A stretch of DNA of 47,257 nucleotides from Deltaproteobacteria bacterium (lineage in GTDB: Bacteria > Myxococcota_A > UBA9160 > UBA6930). The number at the start of each line of letters is the position of its first letter. The stretch's first letter is position 1. The stretch is from assembly GCA_029261775.1 (NCBI GenBank), contig JAJDAR010000298.1, forward strand, positions 1 through 47,257, written 5' to 3'. The position numbers and the translations under genes are program-made. Below are positions 16,321 through 25,428 of this stretch, one piece after another. The notes under the pieces were generated by a model. That model saw only the letters and a program-made list of their open reading frames with translations. It was not told the DNA's origin and did not search any database.

Positions 16321-17496
16321 TCAGGGGGTGAGGAGGGATTGGAGGTTGGTGCTCATGATGCGCTGCTGGTCGGCGGGGGAGAAGGGCTCAAGCTCGGCGA
16401 GGAAGTCGAGCGGGTTGGCGAGCCCTTCGGGGTGCGGATAGTCCGAGCCGAACAGGATCTGGCTCGTGCCGATCAGCTCCGCGAGCTCGCCGAGGGGCTC
16501 CTCGTAGAAGGGCGCCACCGAGACGTGCCGACGGAAGGTCTCGACCGGGTGCTCCTTGAAGTCCTTGGGCATCTGACCGTAGACGTGCTCGAAGGTGGCG
16601 AGCAGACCCTTCACCCACTTCGAGCCGTTCTCGACGCTCGCGACGCGCACACCGGGAAAGCGGTCGAAGACGCCGTGGCAGACGAGTGCAGCCATCGAGT
16701 CGGAGATCGCGCGCCCTGCCAGGCCCAGGCAGGCCTTGAAGGGATCGGGCTTGAAGGGCAGGAACTCGCTGCCACCCTGCCACATCTGCGAGAAGCGGTC
16801 GTAGCCGGAATCGGACGCGTGCATGCAGACGAAGATCCCGGCCTCCTGGACGCGGGCCCAGAACGGATCGAATTCCGCGAAGCCGAAGGAGCGCGAGCCG
16901 CGGTAGCCGGGTACCGGTGCCGGGCGCAGGCCCACGGTACGCGCGCCCCGTTCGAGCGCCCACTCGAGCTCGGCGATGGCCATGTCGACGTCCATCAACG
17001 TCACGAACGGAACCGTGAAGAGCCGATCCTCGGTGTGGAAGCCCCAGCGCTCGTCCAACCACTGGTTGAGCGAGTGCAGGACGGCCCCCATCAGCTCGTG
17101 GTCGTAGTGCATGCGCTCTTCGACGACGCTCGCGAGCGTGGGGAAGACGAGCGTCGCGTGGACACCCTGCTCGTCCATCAGCTTCAGCCGGTCCTCGCCG
17201 TTGCGGTAGGCCTCGGGGCAGCGGATCGGCTGGCCCATCATCTCGCGGAACGACAGGCCCTCGGTGTTCTTCGCGCGGTACCAGAGCTCGTGGGCACCCG
17301 GCGGCGCGATCACCTCGAAGGTGGGGTTCGGAATGTAATCCGAGATCACCCCGCCGATGGCGAGCTTGCGACGTCCGTCGACGTCGACGTACTGGAACTC
17401 GCGCTTCCACTTCTTCGGGAGGTGCGCGGTCATCGCGTCCTCGGTCTCGTAGAGGTGGTTGTCCGCGTCGTAGACCGGGTAGCCGAGGTCGGTCAT
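16321..17496 (-). CDS. Amidohydrolase family 2 protein
   Basis: DADNH, CMH, GVFDRFP..RVASVENG..W, LFGSDYPHPEG; AGGAGG SD. Confidence 0.92.
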   Translation of the reverse strand: MTDLGYPVYDADNHLYETEDAMTAHLPKKWKREFQYVDVDGRRKLAIGGVISDYIPNPTFEVIAPPGAHELWYRAKNTEGLSFREMMGQPIRCPEAYRNGEDRLKLMDEQGVHATLVFPTLASVVEERMHYDHELMGAVLHSLNQWLDERWGFHTEDRLFTVPFVTLMDVDMAIAELEWALERGARTVGLRPAPVPGYRGSRSFGFAEFDPFWARVQEAGIFVCMHASDSGYDRFSQMWQGGSEFLPFKPDPFKACLGLAGRAISDSMAALVCHGVFDRFPGVRVASVENGSKWVKGLLATFEHVYGQMPKDFKEHPVETFRRHVSVAPFYEEPLGELAELIGTSQILFGSDYPHPEGLANPLDFLAELEPFSPADQQRIMSTNLQSLLTP

Positions 17497-17540
17497 GGGG
17501 GCCTCCTGCGGAGCGGTTCCGGGAGGGTATCACCGGCCCG

Positions 17541-17559
17541 GACGATCTGAAAGATCGTC
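17541..17559. promoter_or_regulatory. Perfect palindrome GACGATCT-GAA-AGATCGTC (operator or terminator) upstream of the amidohydrolase
   Basis: 8-bp perfect inverted repeat next to a TGaTACCCT extended -10-like element on the minus strand. Confidence 0.5.
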
Positions 17560-17580
17560 AAATTCGGCTGAGAAGGCCGT

Positions 17581-18033
17581 TCAGTGCTCCCAGGGAGGTT
17601 TTTCGGGGTCTGCGACGCGAGCCGGAGAGGGGACGAACGCGAGGCTCCAGCCCAGCACCAGGGCCCCGAAGGAAACGGGCGCGACGATCATCGCCGCCAG
17701 CAGCCCGTAGCTGCCGGCCTTCACGAGCACCACCGTGACCACGCATCCCGCAACGCCGGCCAGGCCGATCGCCGCTCCGACGAGGAACTTGAAGACCATC
17801 GCGGCACCCTGAAGCCGGGGGCGGCCCCGGGTCGCGAACGGGGCGACAGCGGCGACGCTGATCGCCACGAACAGCACCCATCCCCAACGATCCTGACCGC
17901 TCTTGGTGATCGCGGCGAGCACGCTCATGACGAACAGCGCGATGGCGATCTTCGGGCCGTAGATGGCGATCGGCGTGCGCTTCCAGTGCGCGAGCAGCTC
18001 GGCGGTCGGCGCGCGCCCGGGGTCGGTCTCCAT
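17581..18033 (-). CDS. Small hypothetical integral membrane protein (about 4 TM)
   Basis: Four hydrophobic segments; fits between neighbouring minus-strand genes. Confidence 0.7.
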   Translation of the reverse strand: METDPGRAPTAELLAHWKRTPIAIYGPKIAIALFVMSVLAAITKSGQDRWGWVLFVAISVAAVAPFATRGRPRLQGAAMVFKFLVGAAIGLAGVAGCVVTVVLVKAGSYGLLAAMIVAPVSFGALVLGWSLAFVPSPARVADPEKPPWEH

Positions 18034-18065
18034 GGAGGGGGTATCGGCGCCCGGTGCCCCAGCCC

Positions 18066-19766
18066 TTACAGGGGGACGCGATGCAAGGCCCAGGGGCCAG
18101 CGGTCAACAGAGGCGGGCCGAAACGCCGAGCCGCCGCGTCGCGATGGTCTCCTTCGACCAGGACGAGCACCGGCCTCTCCAGCTCACGCAGCAGCTGCAT
18201 CTGGTCCGCCGAGGGTGCTTCGCCCCGCGCGAGGGCTCTCGCTGCGGCGACGCGATCGGATGCCCTGGGATGGCCGGCCACGATGTAGTGCTCGGCCCGC
18301 TCGGTCAGCAGCACCCGACCCGTCAGCGCCGGCAGCTCCGCGGTGTTGCCCTGGGAGGCGCGGGTCGGCGGACCGGGATCGATCGCGACCACGGCATCCG
18401 GCGGCGTCTGCTCGCGCAGATGGCCGTAGATCTTCGCGAGGGGGCCTTCCTGCTGGACGAGGTGGCCGTCCCGGAAGACGACCTGGGTCGGAGGCCGCCC
18501 GGTGTAGGTCCAGACCACGAGCAGCAGGGTCGGTCCGAACAAGGCGAGCGGCACCCAGGCGTGCGTGAGCTCGCCGCCGCGACCTCGGAGCGCGGCCGTC
18601 GCCGGGATCGCCAGGAAGACCAGCGCCACGTGGAAGAAGTTCACGAAGTTGCCGGCGGGCAGCACGATCAACACCGTCGCCGCCAGCAGGGGAAGCGCTG
18701 CGACGCCGCAGACCAGCAGGAAACCCCGCAGCTCGCGTGGCGCCCGGATCCACCCGATCGCCGCAAGGACCATCATCCCGAACCCCGCCCCGAGCGCGCC
18801 TCGCCCATGCTCGAGGGCCAGGTCGAGGCCCCCTGCGAGCAGCCCCGACCCCTCGCCACTCGCACCGCCGAGCAGGTGGGCGTAGGTCGGCAGGGGAAGC
18901 AGCAGGCCGAGCGCGATCGCTGCTGCGACGCTGACCCAGGGCAACGGGCGGTCGCCCACCTCGACCCAGCCAGCGCGGCGTGCCACTTCGACCACCAGCA
19001 CCGCACCGACCAGGGAGAGCCCGCCAGCGATCGCGATGATCGGACTCCACAAGGTGACGAGCAGCGTGGTCACGACGAGACCGATTCCACCTCGTCGCGG
19101 CGACCGCCAGGCGACATGGAGGGCCCACAGGAGACCGACCAACGTCGTGAGCGCCAACGGGCGGGAGGTGATGTTCAGGTAGTAGCTGAGCAGGGGTCCG
19201 AGCTGGCCGTAGGCATCGCCCACCCGCATCCACTCCGACACGGGGTGCACGAGGCCCCATAGATAGGAGCCATCGTCCTCGGGCCAGTGACCGATGCGGA
19301 GGCGGCGCCAGAGCAGGACCAACGGGGCCTGGGCGTGTGCGCCTGCCATCACGAGAAACGACAGCACCAGTCCGAAGACCGTGCGGCCGTAGAGCGAGCG
19401 GGCGAGCCCGGCCGAGAGCACGACGAGACCGAAGGCCGAGAGCACGACGCCGATCTCGAAGGCGTGCAGGACGTCGAGGCCGGTGGCGTGGGCGAGGGCC
19501 GCGGCCAGCGCATGGAAGGTCCAGTAGTACGCCAGGGGCTCCCCCGCGAAGAACGGGTTCTCGGGTGGAAGCACCCCGGGAGCGATCAAGAATCGCTCCG
19601 CGATCGCCGAGTGGAGGAAGCCGTGAGCCGAAACCAGCGTATACGGGCTCTCCCGGTGGATGCCCAGGATCAGTGCCACCCACGCCAGCCCCGCCGCGCA
19701 GACGGCCGGCCCGAACAGACGACCGCGGGCCGGAGGGTCTTCAGCAGTCGGCAACGACGTCTCCAA
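18066..19766 (-). CDS. Polytopic membrane protein, DUF2298/GT-C-like (start approximate)
   Basis: More than 10 hydrophobic segments, PPENPFFAGEPLAYYW loop motif, soluble C-terminal domain with LR..TPPDAVV and ALTGR. Start could be TTG 19766 or 19754. Confidence 0.65.
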   Translation of the reverse strand: METSLPTAEDPPARGRLFGPAVCAAGLAWVALILGIHRESPYTLVSAHGFLHSAIAERFLIAPGVLPPENPFFAGEPLAYYWTFHALAAALAHATGLDVLHAFEIGVVLSAFGLVVLSAGLARSLYGRTVFGLVLSFLVMAGAHAQAPLVLLWRRLRIGHWPEDDGSYLWGLVHPVSEWMRVGDAYGQLGPLLSYYLNITSRPLALTTLVGLLWALHVAWRSPRRGGIGLVVTTLLVTLWSPIIAIAGGLSLVGAVLVVEVARRAGWVEVGDRPLPWVSVAAAIALGLLLPLPTYAHLLGGASGEGSGLLAGGLDLALEHGRGALGAGFGMMVLAAIGWIRAPRELRGFLLVCGVAALPLLAATVLIVLPAGNFVNFFHVALVFLAIPATAALRGRGGELTHAWVPLALFGPTLLLVVWTYTGRPPTQVVFRDGHLVQQEGPLAKIYGHLREQTPPDAVVAIDPGPPTRASQGNTAELPALTGRVLLTERAEHYIVAGHPRASDRVAAARALARGEAPSADQMQLLRELERPVLVLVEGDHRDAAARRFGPPLLTAGPWALHRVPL

Positions 19767-19844
19767 GCAATGGATGGGAGCCGGTTCTCCGGGAACGTCG
19801 CCATTCCCGAACGAGGCGGCCAGACCCGCGAACTCGCCACCTGG

Positions 19845-19916
19845 GGCCGGCCGGCCGCCACCCACGAGGTCGATACCCGCGGCCGACCGGGCGCGACCCA
19901 CGAAGTCGGTACCCTA
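19845..19916. repeat. Degenerate 36-bp tandem duplication in a divergent promoter region
   Basis: ggccggccggccgccacccacgaggtcgatacccgc vs ggccgaccgggcgcgacccacgaagtcggtacccta, 29/36 identical by manual alignment. Confidence 0.65.
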
Positions 19917-19921
19917 TCGGG

Positions 19922-20650
19922 ATGGAGCCGAGCGTGCAGCAGGACGCAGTGCAGGAGCGAGATGCAGGAGTCCAGCCGGTGAACGCCGTCCTGGACCCGA
20001 TCGAAGACGTCATCGGCGCCTTCGACAGCCTGGTCATCCGCCTCTACTCGAGGGGCCGCTTCACGATCCTGCGCAAGATCTTCCTCGAGGAGATCGGCCA
20101 GTACCTGCCCAAGCGCGGCAAGGTGCTCGATCTGGGCTGCGGCTTCGGTTTCTTCTCCCTCTACTTCGCGGCACGGGAACCGGGCCGTGAGATGTTCGGG
20201 GTCGACATCAACGAGCGCCGCATCGCCGACGCGAACGAGGCGGCCCGCCGGCTGGGCCTCTCGAACGCCCGCTACGAGGTCGCGGACGCCGCCCAGTGGG
20301 AGGCGACCGAAGACTTCGACGCGGCCTACCTGCTCGACCTGCTCCACCACCTGCCCCAGGACGAGGTCGCCCCCTTCCTGCGGCGCCTTCGCGCGAGGCT
20401 GCGCCCGGGCGGCACGCTGATCGTGAAGGAGGTGGAGGACCGGCCGCGGTGGAAGGCCTGGTTCACGTTGCTGCTCGACCGGCTGATGGTCGGCTGGAGC
20501 GAGCCGATCCGCTACTGGCCGCCTGCAGAGATGATCGTGCTGCTCGAGAGCCTGGGTTTCGACGTCAAGAAGCATCGCATGCGCGACTGGCTGCCGTACC
20601 CGCACATCCTGTACGTCTGCCGGCTGCCGGTGGAAGAAGCGAAGACCTAG
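19922..20650 (+). CDS. Class I SAM-dependent methyltransferase
   Basis: VLDLGCGFG, GVDIN, FDA..LLDLLHH, LRPGG.L.VKE. Confidence 0.9.
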   Translation: MEPSVQQDAVQERDAGVQPVNAVLDPIEDVIGAFDSLVIRLYSRGRFTILRKIFLEEIGQYLPKRGKVLDLGCGFGFFSLYFAAREPGREMFGVDINERRIADANEAARRLGLSNARYEVADAAQWEATEDFDAAYLLDLLHHLPQDEVAPFLRRLRARLRPGGTLIVKEVEDRPRWKAWFTLLLDRLMVGWSEPIRYWPPAEMIVLLESLGFDVKKHRMRDWLPYPHILYVCRLPVEEAKT

Positions 20651-21822
20651 AAGTTCGGCGGCAGCCCAAGCCCGCGACGGGCGATGATGTTCTTCTGGAT
20701 CTCGCTGGCGCCGCCGCCGATCGTGTCGACGACCGTGTAGCGGTAGCTGCGCTCGAAACGTCCCGCCGCGGGGGCGCCCGGCTCGCCCGGTTTCAATTGA
20801 CCCTCGGGCCCCATCAGATCGAGGGCCGCGTTGGCGACCCGCTGCCCGGTCTCGTTCATGAAGAGCTTGTACTGCGACGACTCGACCGTCGGCACTCCGT
20901 CCTTGAGCGCCTCGCAGATCACGCGCCGCTGCAGCATGCGCGAGACCTCGAGCTCCGTGGCCAGCTGCGCGACCTGGGCTCGGGTGTGGGCGTCGTGCCT
21001 GACCGGTTCGCCGTCACACTCGGCCTCGCGGACCCAGTCGAGCAGGGCCTCGACCTTCATCTCGAGGGGCCCGACGGGCATCATCGCGAAGCGCTCGAGG
21101 TCGAGAGCTTCGCAGATGTAGGTCCAACCCTTGCCGACCTCGCCGACCACGTACTCGTCGGGCACGAACACGTCGTCGAAGAACACCTCGTTGGTGCGCT
21201 CGTCGCCGATCGTGTGGACGGGGCGGATCGTGAAGCCCTCATGGTCCATCGGGATCAGGAAGAGCGAGATGCCCTTGTGCTTGTGGCTCGTGTCGGTGCG
21301 CGCGCCCACCCAGTACCAGTCTGCGAAGTGCGCCGAGGTGGTCCACACCTTCTGGCCGTTCAGGGTCCAGCCACCCTCCACCTTCTCGGCTCGGAGCTGC
21401 ATGTTCGCGGCGTCCGAGCCGGCGTTCGGCTCGCTGTAGCCGATGGCGAACTCGATCTCGCCGCGGATGATCTGCGGAAGGAACTCCTGCTTCATCCGCT
21501 CCGACCCGTTGCGGATGATCGTCTTGCCGACGATGCCGACGCCCTTGCCCGGCTGGGGCGCGCCGTAGCGCGACAGCGCCTCGGTGAGGATGAAATCGTA
21601 GATGCCCGAGCGCGCCTGCCCGCCGTAGGCCTCGGGCCAGGACATCCCGAGCCAGCCCGCTTCCGCGAGCTGCTGCATCAGCCCCCGCTTGGCGGGGCTG
21701 TCGACGGTTTGCGAGAGCTGCTCGGGCTGGGCGTCCATCACCTCCGGCGAGCGGCGCTCGCTGAGGAAGGCCTCCAGCTCGGCTTCGAAGGCCCGCTCCT
21801 CGGAAGAGAGATCGAAGTCCAT
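20647..21822 (-). CDS. Acyl-CoA dehydrogenase, alpha-type subunit (FadE26/FadE29-like)
   Basis: GEIEFAIGYSEPNAGSD, NGQKVWTT.AH.AD, KHKGIS, ALDLER (catalytic-position Glu), TIGGGASEIQKNIIA.RGLGLP. Confidence 0.92.
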   Translation of the reverse strand: MDFDLSSEERAFEAELEAFLSERRSPEVMDAQPEQLSQTVDSPAKRGLMQQLAEAGWLGMSWPEAYGGQARSGIYDFILTEALSRYGAPQPGKGVGIVGKTIIRNGSERMKQEFLPQIIRGEIEFAIGYSEPNAGSDAANMQLRAEKVEGGWTLNGQKVWTTSAHFADWYWVGARTDTSHKHKGISLFLIPMDHEGFTIRPVHTIGDERTNEVFFDDVFVPDEYVVGEVGKGWTYICEALDLERFAMMPVGPLEMKVEALLDWVREAECDGEPVRHDAHTRAQVAQLATELEVSRMLQRRVICEALKDGVPTVESSQYKLFMNETGQRVANAALDLMGPEGQLKPGEPGAPAAGRFERSYRYTVVDTIGGGASEIQKNIIARRGLGLPPNF

Positions 21823-21823
21823 G

Positions 21824-22570
21824 TCAGCCCTGCTCCCGCTGCTTGCGCAGCTCCGCGCTCTCGCGCTCTTCGTTGCGCATGGCGTCCTCCATGCCGTGAT
21901 CGTGCCCGTAGCCGATGGCCCGCCTGGCCGCGGCGACGACCTCGGGCCGGCTCTCGGCGTAGCCGGCCGCGATCTCGCGGGCGGTGCTCATCAGGTCCTC
22001 GGGCGCGACCACCCGATGGACGAGACCCATCTCGAGAGCCTCTTCGGCCCGGACGATCCGCCCCGTGGTCACCAGGTCGATGGCCCGCCCGCGACCGATC
22101 AACCGGGGCAGCAGGTGCGTGCTGCCGAGGCCGGGCAGGATGCCCAGCTTCACGAAGGTGAGCCCGAGCTTGGCGCCGCTGACGGCGATCCGCAGGTCGC
22201 AGGGGAGGATCATCGTCACGCCGACCCCGATCGCGTGGCCGTTCAACGCCGCGATGATCGGCTTCGGATACTCCACCATCTCGAGCGGAAAGACCTTGAG
22301 GAAGTCCTCCTCCCCCAGCTTCGGCCCCTTGGATGCATTCGCGCCGGCCTGGTGCGCCTTCAGGTGATCGAGATCGACGCCCGCGCAGAAACCCCGCCCC
22401 GCCCCGGTCAGGATGACCGCGCGCACCGTCTCGTCGTCGCGCAGCTTGCGGAAGGCGTCCACCACCTCCTCGCCCATCTCGGTGGTGTAGGCGTTCAGCT
22501 TGTCCGGTCGGTTCAAGGTGACGGTGGCGATGCCGTCCCTCCGATCGAAGAGGATGTGCTCGTAGCTCAT
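21824..22570 (-). CDS. Crotonase-fold enoyl-CoA hydratase/isomerase
   Basis: LNRPDKLNA, GRGFCAGVDL, KPIIAALNGHAIG; the canonical Glu pair is absent. Confidence 0.9.
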   Translation of the reverse strand: MSYEHILFDRRDGIATVTLNRPDKLNAYTTEMGEEVVDAFRKLRDDETVRAVILTGAGRGFCAGVDLDHLKAHQAGANASKGPKLGEEDFLKVFPLEMVEYPKPIIAALNGHAIGVGVTMILPCDLRIAVSGAKLGLTFVKLGILPGLGSTHLLPRLIGRGRAIDLVTTGRIVRAEEALEMGLVHRVVAPEDLMSTAREIAAGYAESRPEVVAAARRAIGYGHDHGMEDAMRNEERESAELRKQREQG

Positions 22571-22583
22571 GCTGGACTCGTGC

Positions 22584-24542
22584 TCATTCGGGCAGGGCGA
22601 ACGCCATGATCGCGTCGCCCTGCTTGGAGATGGCGTTGCCGCCCGCCGCGATCACCACGAACTGCCGGCCCTCGGGCGAGAGCCGGTAGCTGAGCGGCGA
22701 GGCATTGGCCTGGTAGGGAAGCTCGGTCTCCCAGAGCATGCTGCCGTCCCGGGTGTCGAAGGCCCGGAAGGCCCGGTCGGTGGTCGCGCCGAGGAACAGG
22801 ACACCGCCTGCGGTGACCATGCCGCCGCCGAAGTTCGGCGCCCCCACGTCGCCGAGCCCGGGGATCAGGTAGAGCGGCCACGGGGCCTGGTGCTTGGTGG
22901 TCCCGAGATTCACCTTCCAGCGGACCTGGCCGGTCTTCAGGTCGACGGCCTGCAGGGATCCCCAGGGCGTCGGGTTGCAGGGCGCCCCGGCACTCGAGAA
23001 GTATCCGGATCGCTTCACGCCGTAGGGTGTGCCCGTCATGGGATAGAGCTCGTCGGGATAGGCGACGGCATCCGCCGGCAGCTTCTCGTAATCCTCGCGC
23101 GCGACCATCTCCACGATCATCGCGATGTGGGTCTGGTTCGTGAACATCACGCCGCTCACCGGATCGACGGCGATGCCGCCCCAGTTCATGCCACCGGTGG
23201 TATGCGGGTACTGGATCGACCCGTCGAGGGTCGGTGGCGTGAAGATGCCGTCGAAGCGGTACTTCTCGAGGGCTTCCACGCACGAGCCTCGATCCGCGAA
23301 GGTGTAGCCGACGTTCTCCGGCGTGAGCTCGGTCGGATGCAGCGGCGGCGGGTGGGTCGGAAAGGGCTGGGTCGGCGAGAGCGTCTCCCCGGGTACGCCG
23401 TCGGTCGGCACCGGTCGCTCCTCGACCGGATACAGCGGCTGCCCGGTCTCGCGATCGAGCAGGAAGACGTGGCCCATCTTCGTGCCCTGCAACACCCCAG
23501 GCCGCCCGCCGCCGACGCCTTCGATCTGGAAGAGCTCGGGCTGGGTGCCGACGTCGTAGTCCCAGACGTCGTGGTGGACGGTCTGGAAGTGCCAGGCGAC
23601 GCGGCCGCTGTCCGCGTGGAGGGCCACCGTCGAGGACCCGTAGTGGTCGAGCCCGTGGCGCTCGCCGGCGTAGCTGTCGGGGGAGGGATTTCCGGTCGGC
23701 ACGAAGACGAGGCCCCGCTCCGCATCCCCGGAGAGCAGCGACCACACGTTGGGCGTGCCGCGGTGGTAGCGCTCGCCCGGCGGAACGTCGGCGCGGTAGT
23801 CGGGCGGCACCGGGTCCCAGGCCCAGAGCAGGGCACCGGTCTTCACGTCGAAGGCCCGCACCACGCCCGACGGTGCATCGGTGCGCAGCTGGTCCGCGAC
23901 CAATGCGCCGACGATCGCCCGGTCGCCGAGGACCAGCGGAGGCGACGTCACGTAGTACTCCCAGGGCGGGACATCCCCCTCGATTCCCTCGCGCAGGGCG
24001 ACCTTGCCGCCCTCGCCGAAGTCGGCACAGGGTCGGCCGGTGTCGGCATCGAGCGCCCAGAGCTCCGAGTCCTTGGTGCCGTACAGGATGCGCTTCTGGC
24101 AGGCCGCGCCGGCGGCGGGCTCCTCCGCCTCCCAGTACGCGACGCCGCGACAGGTGAGCGGATAGGGCCCACCGACACCGGCCGCTCGGAGGCCCGGGTC
24201 GAAGGACCAACGCTCGGTCCCGGTCTCGGGGTCGAGGGCGAAGACGCGCATGTAGGGCGTGCAGTAGTAGAGGTGACCGTTCGTGACGATCGGCGTCACC
24301 TGCAGACCGGTCGGCATGCGCTCTGCCGAGGGCCCGTTGAAGTCTCCGCTGCGGTGCGTCCAGGCCAGCTCGAGTGCATCGACGTTGTCGCGGTGCACCT
24401 GCTCGAGAGGCGAGTAGTGGAGGCCGCCCTTGTCGCCACCCCACTCGGGCCAGCCGGCGACGGGACCGCTGAAGTCGATCACAGGCTCGCCCCCACAGCC
24501 GAAGGCGAGCCACAGGGTGAGCAGGAAGGCGCCGAAGCGCAT
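22584..24542 (-). CDS. PQQ-dependent dehydrogenase (glucose/quinate/shikimate type), probable lipoprotein
   Basis: SPL.Q...NV..L..AW, QVTP, CRGVAYW, WHFQTVHHDVWDYD, GRQFVVIAAGG; signal peptide with LAFG-C lipobox. Confidence 0.93.
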   Translation of the reverse strand: MRFGAFLLTLWLAFGCGGEPVIDFSGPVAGWPEWGGDKGGLHYSPLEQVHRDNVDALELAWTHRSGDFNGPSAERMPTGLQVTPIVTNGHLYYCTPYMRVFALDPETGTERWSFDPGLRAAGVGGPYPLTCRGVAYWEAEEPAAGAACQKRILYGTKDSELWALDADTGRPCADFGEGGKVALREGIEGDVPPWEYYVTSPPLVLGDRAIVGALVADQLRTDAPSGVVRAFDVKTGALLWAWDPVPPDYRADVPPGERYHRGTPNVWSLLSGDAERGLVFVPTGNPSPDSYAGERHGLDHYGSSTVALHADSGRVAWHFQTVHHDVWDYDVGTQPELFQIEGVGGGRPGVLQGTKMGHVFLLDRETGQPLYPVEERPVPTDGVPGETLSPTQPFPTHPPPLHPTELTPENVGYTFADRGSCVEALEKYRFDGIFTPPTLDGSIQYPHTTGGMNWGGIAVDPVSGVMFTNQTHIAMIVEMVAREDYEKLPADAVAYPDELYPMTGTPYGVKRSGYFSSAGAPCNPTPWGSLQAVDLKTGQVRWKVNLGTTKHQAPWPLYLIPGLGDVGAPNFGGGMVTAGGVLFLGATTDRAFRAFDTRDGSMLWETELPYQANASPLSYRLSPEGRQFVVIAAGGNAISKQGDAIMAFALPE

Positions 24543-24581
24543 CAAGGAGCTCCTCGCCGGCCCGTCAGGCGGGGCGGCGCT

Positions 24582-25379
24582 TCAGTCGGTGTAGGGCGCC
24601 CAGCGGGGCTTGCGCTTCTCGAAGAACGACTTCGGACCTTCGAGCTGGTCCGGGTGGTCGGCATGGGCCTCGAGCTGTTCGTACGCCCGGTCCAGCCCCT
24701 CCTCGAGCCCGTGGTCGAGGCTCTCCCAGATCGCGCGCTTGCTGCGGGCCAGCGCGGTGGGCGAATGCTCGGAAATCTTCGCGGCCAGCTCGCGCGCGCG
24801 GGGCATCAGCTCGACCGCAGGGAGGATCTCGCCGATCAGGCCCACCCGCAGTGCCTCTTCGGCTCCCATCCGCTCCGCTCCACCCAGCAGCGTGAGTCGG
24901 AACACGGTCTCGAGCGGGATCCTGCGCGAGAGACCCACCGGCTCGAGGCCTGCGACGGTTCCCACCTTGACGTGGGTATCGAAGAAGGTCGCGGTGTCGG
25001 CCGCGATCACGAGCTCGCTGTCCGCCACGAAGTGGAAGCCGCCGCCGACACACATGCCGTTGATGGCCGTGATCACCGGCTTCCAGCAGCGGTTCTGGAG
25101 GGCGGTGATCTGGCTGTAGGGCGCTTCCTGGCGGGGGACCTTCGCGAACTTCTGGCTGTCTCCCGCCGCCGTCGAGCTGATGTCCCAGCCCGTGCAGAAG
25201 GCCTTGTCGCCGGCGCCGGTCACGATCACGCAGACGACGTCATCGTCGCTCTTGATCTCGTTCCAGAGCCGGCGCAGCTCCATCGCCATGTCGTAGTCGA
25301 AGGCGTTGCGCGCGGCCGGGTTGTCGAGCGTGATCGTGGCGAAGCGCTCGCTCTTCTCGTATCGGACCTTGTCGCTCAA
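24582..25379 (-). CDS. Crotonase-fold enoyl-CoA hydratase/isomerase
   Basis: GAGDKAFCTGWD, KPVITAINGMCVGGG, F.EKRKP; His at both catalytic positions (GFHF, FDTH). TTG start after GAGGAGAGG. Confidence 0.9.
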   Translation of the reverse strand: MSDKVRYEKSERFATITLDNPAARNAFDYDMAMELRRLWNEIKSDDDVVCVIVTGAGDKAFCTGWDISSTAAGDSQKFAKVPRQEAPYSQITALQNRCWKPVITAINGMCVGGGFHFVADSELVIAADTATFFDTHVKVGTVAGLEPVGLSRRIPLETVFRLTLLGGAERMGAEEALRVGLIGEILPAVELMPRARELAAKISEHSPTALARSKRAIWESLDHGLEEGLDRAYEQLEAHADHPDQLEGPKSFFEKRKPRWAPYTD

Positions 25380-25428
25380 CGACCTCTCCTCGCAATGCAA
25401 GGTTGAAAGGAACGTCCCCCTTCCGGGT

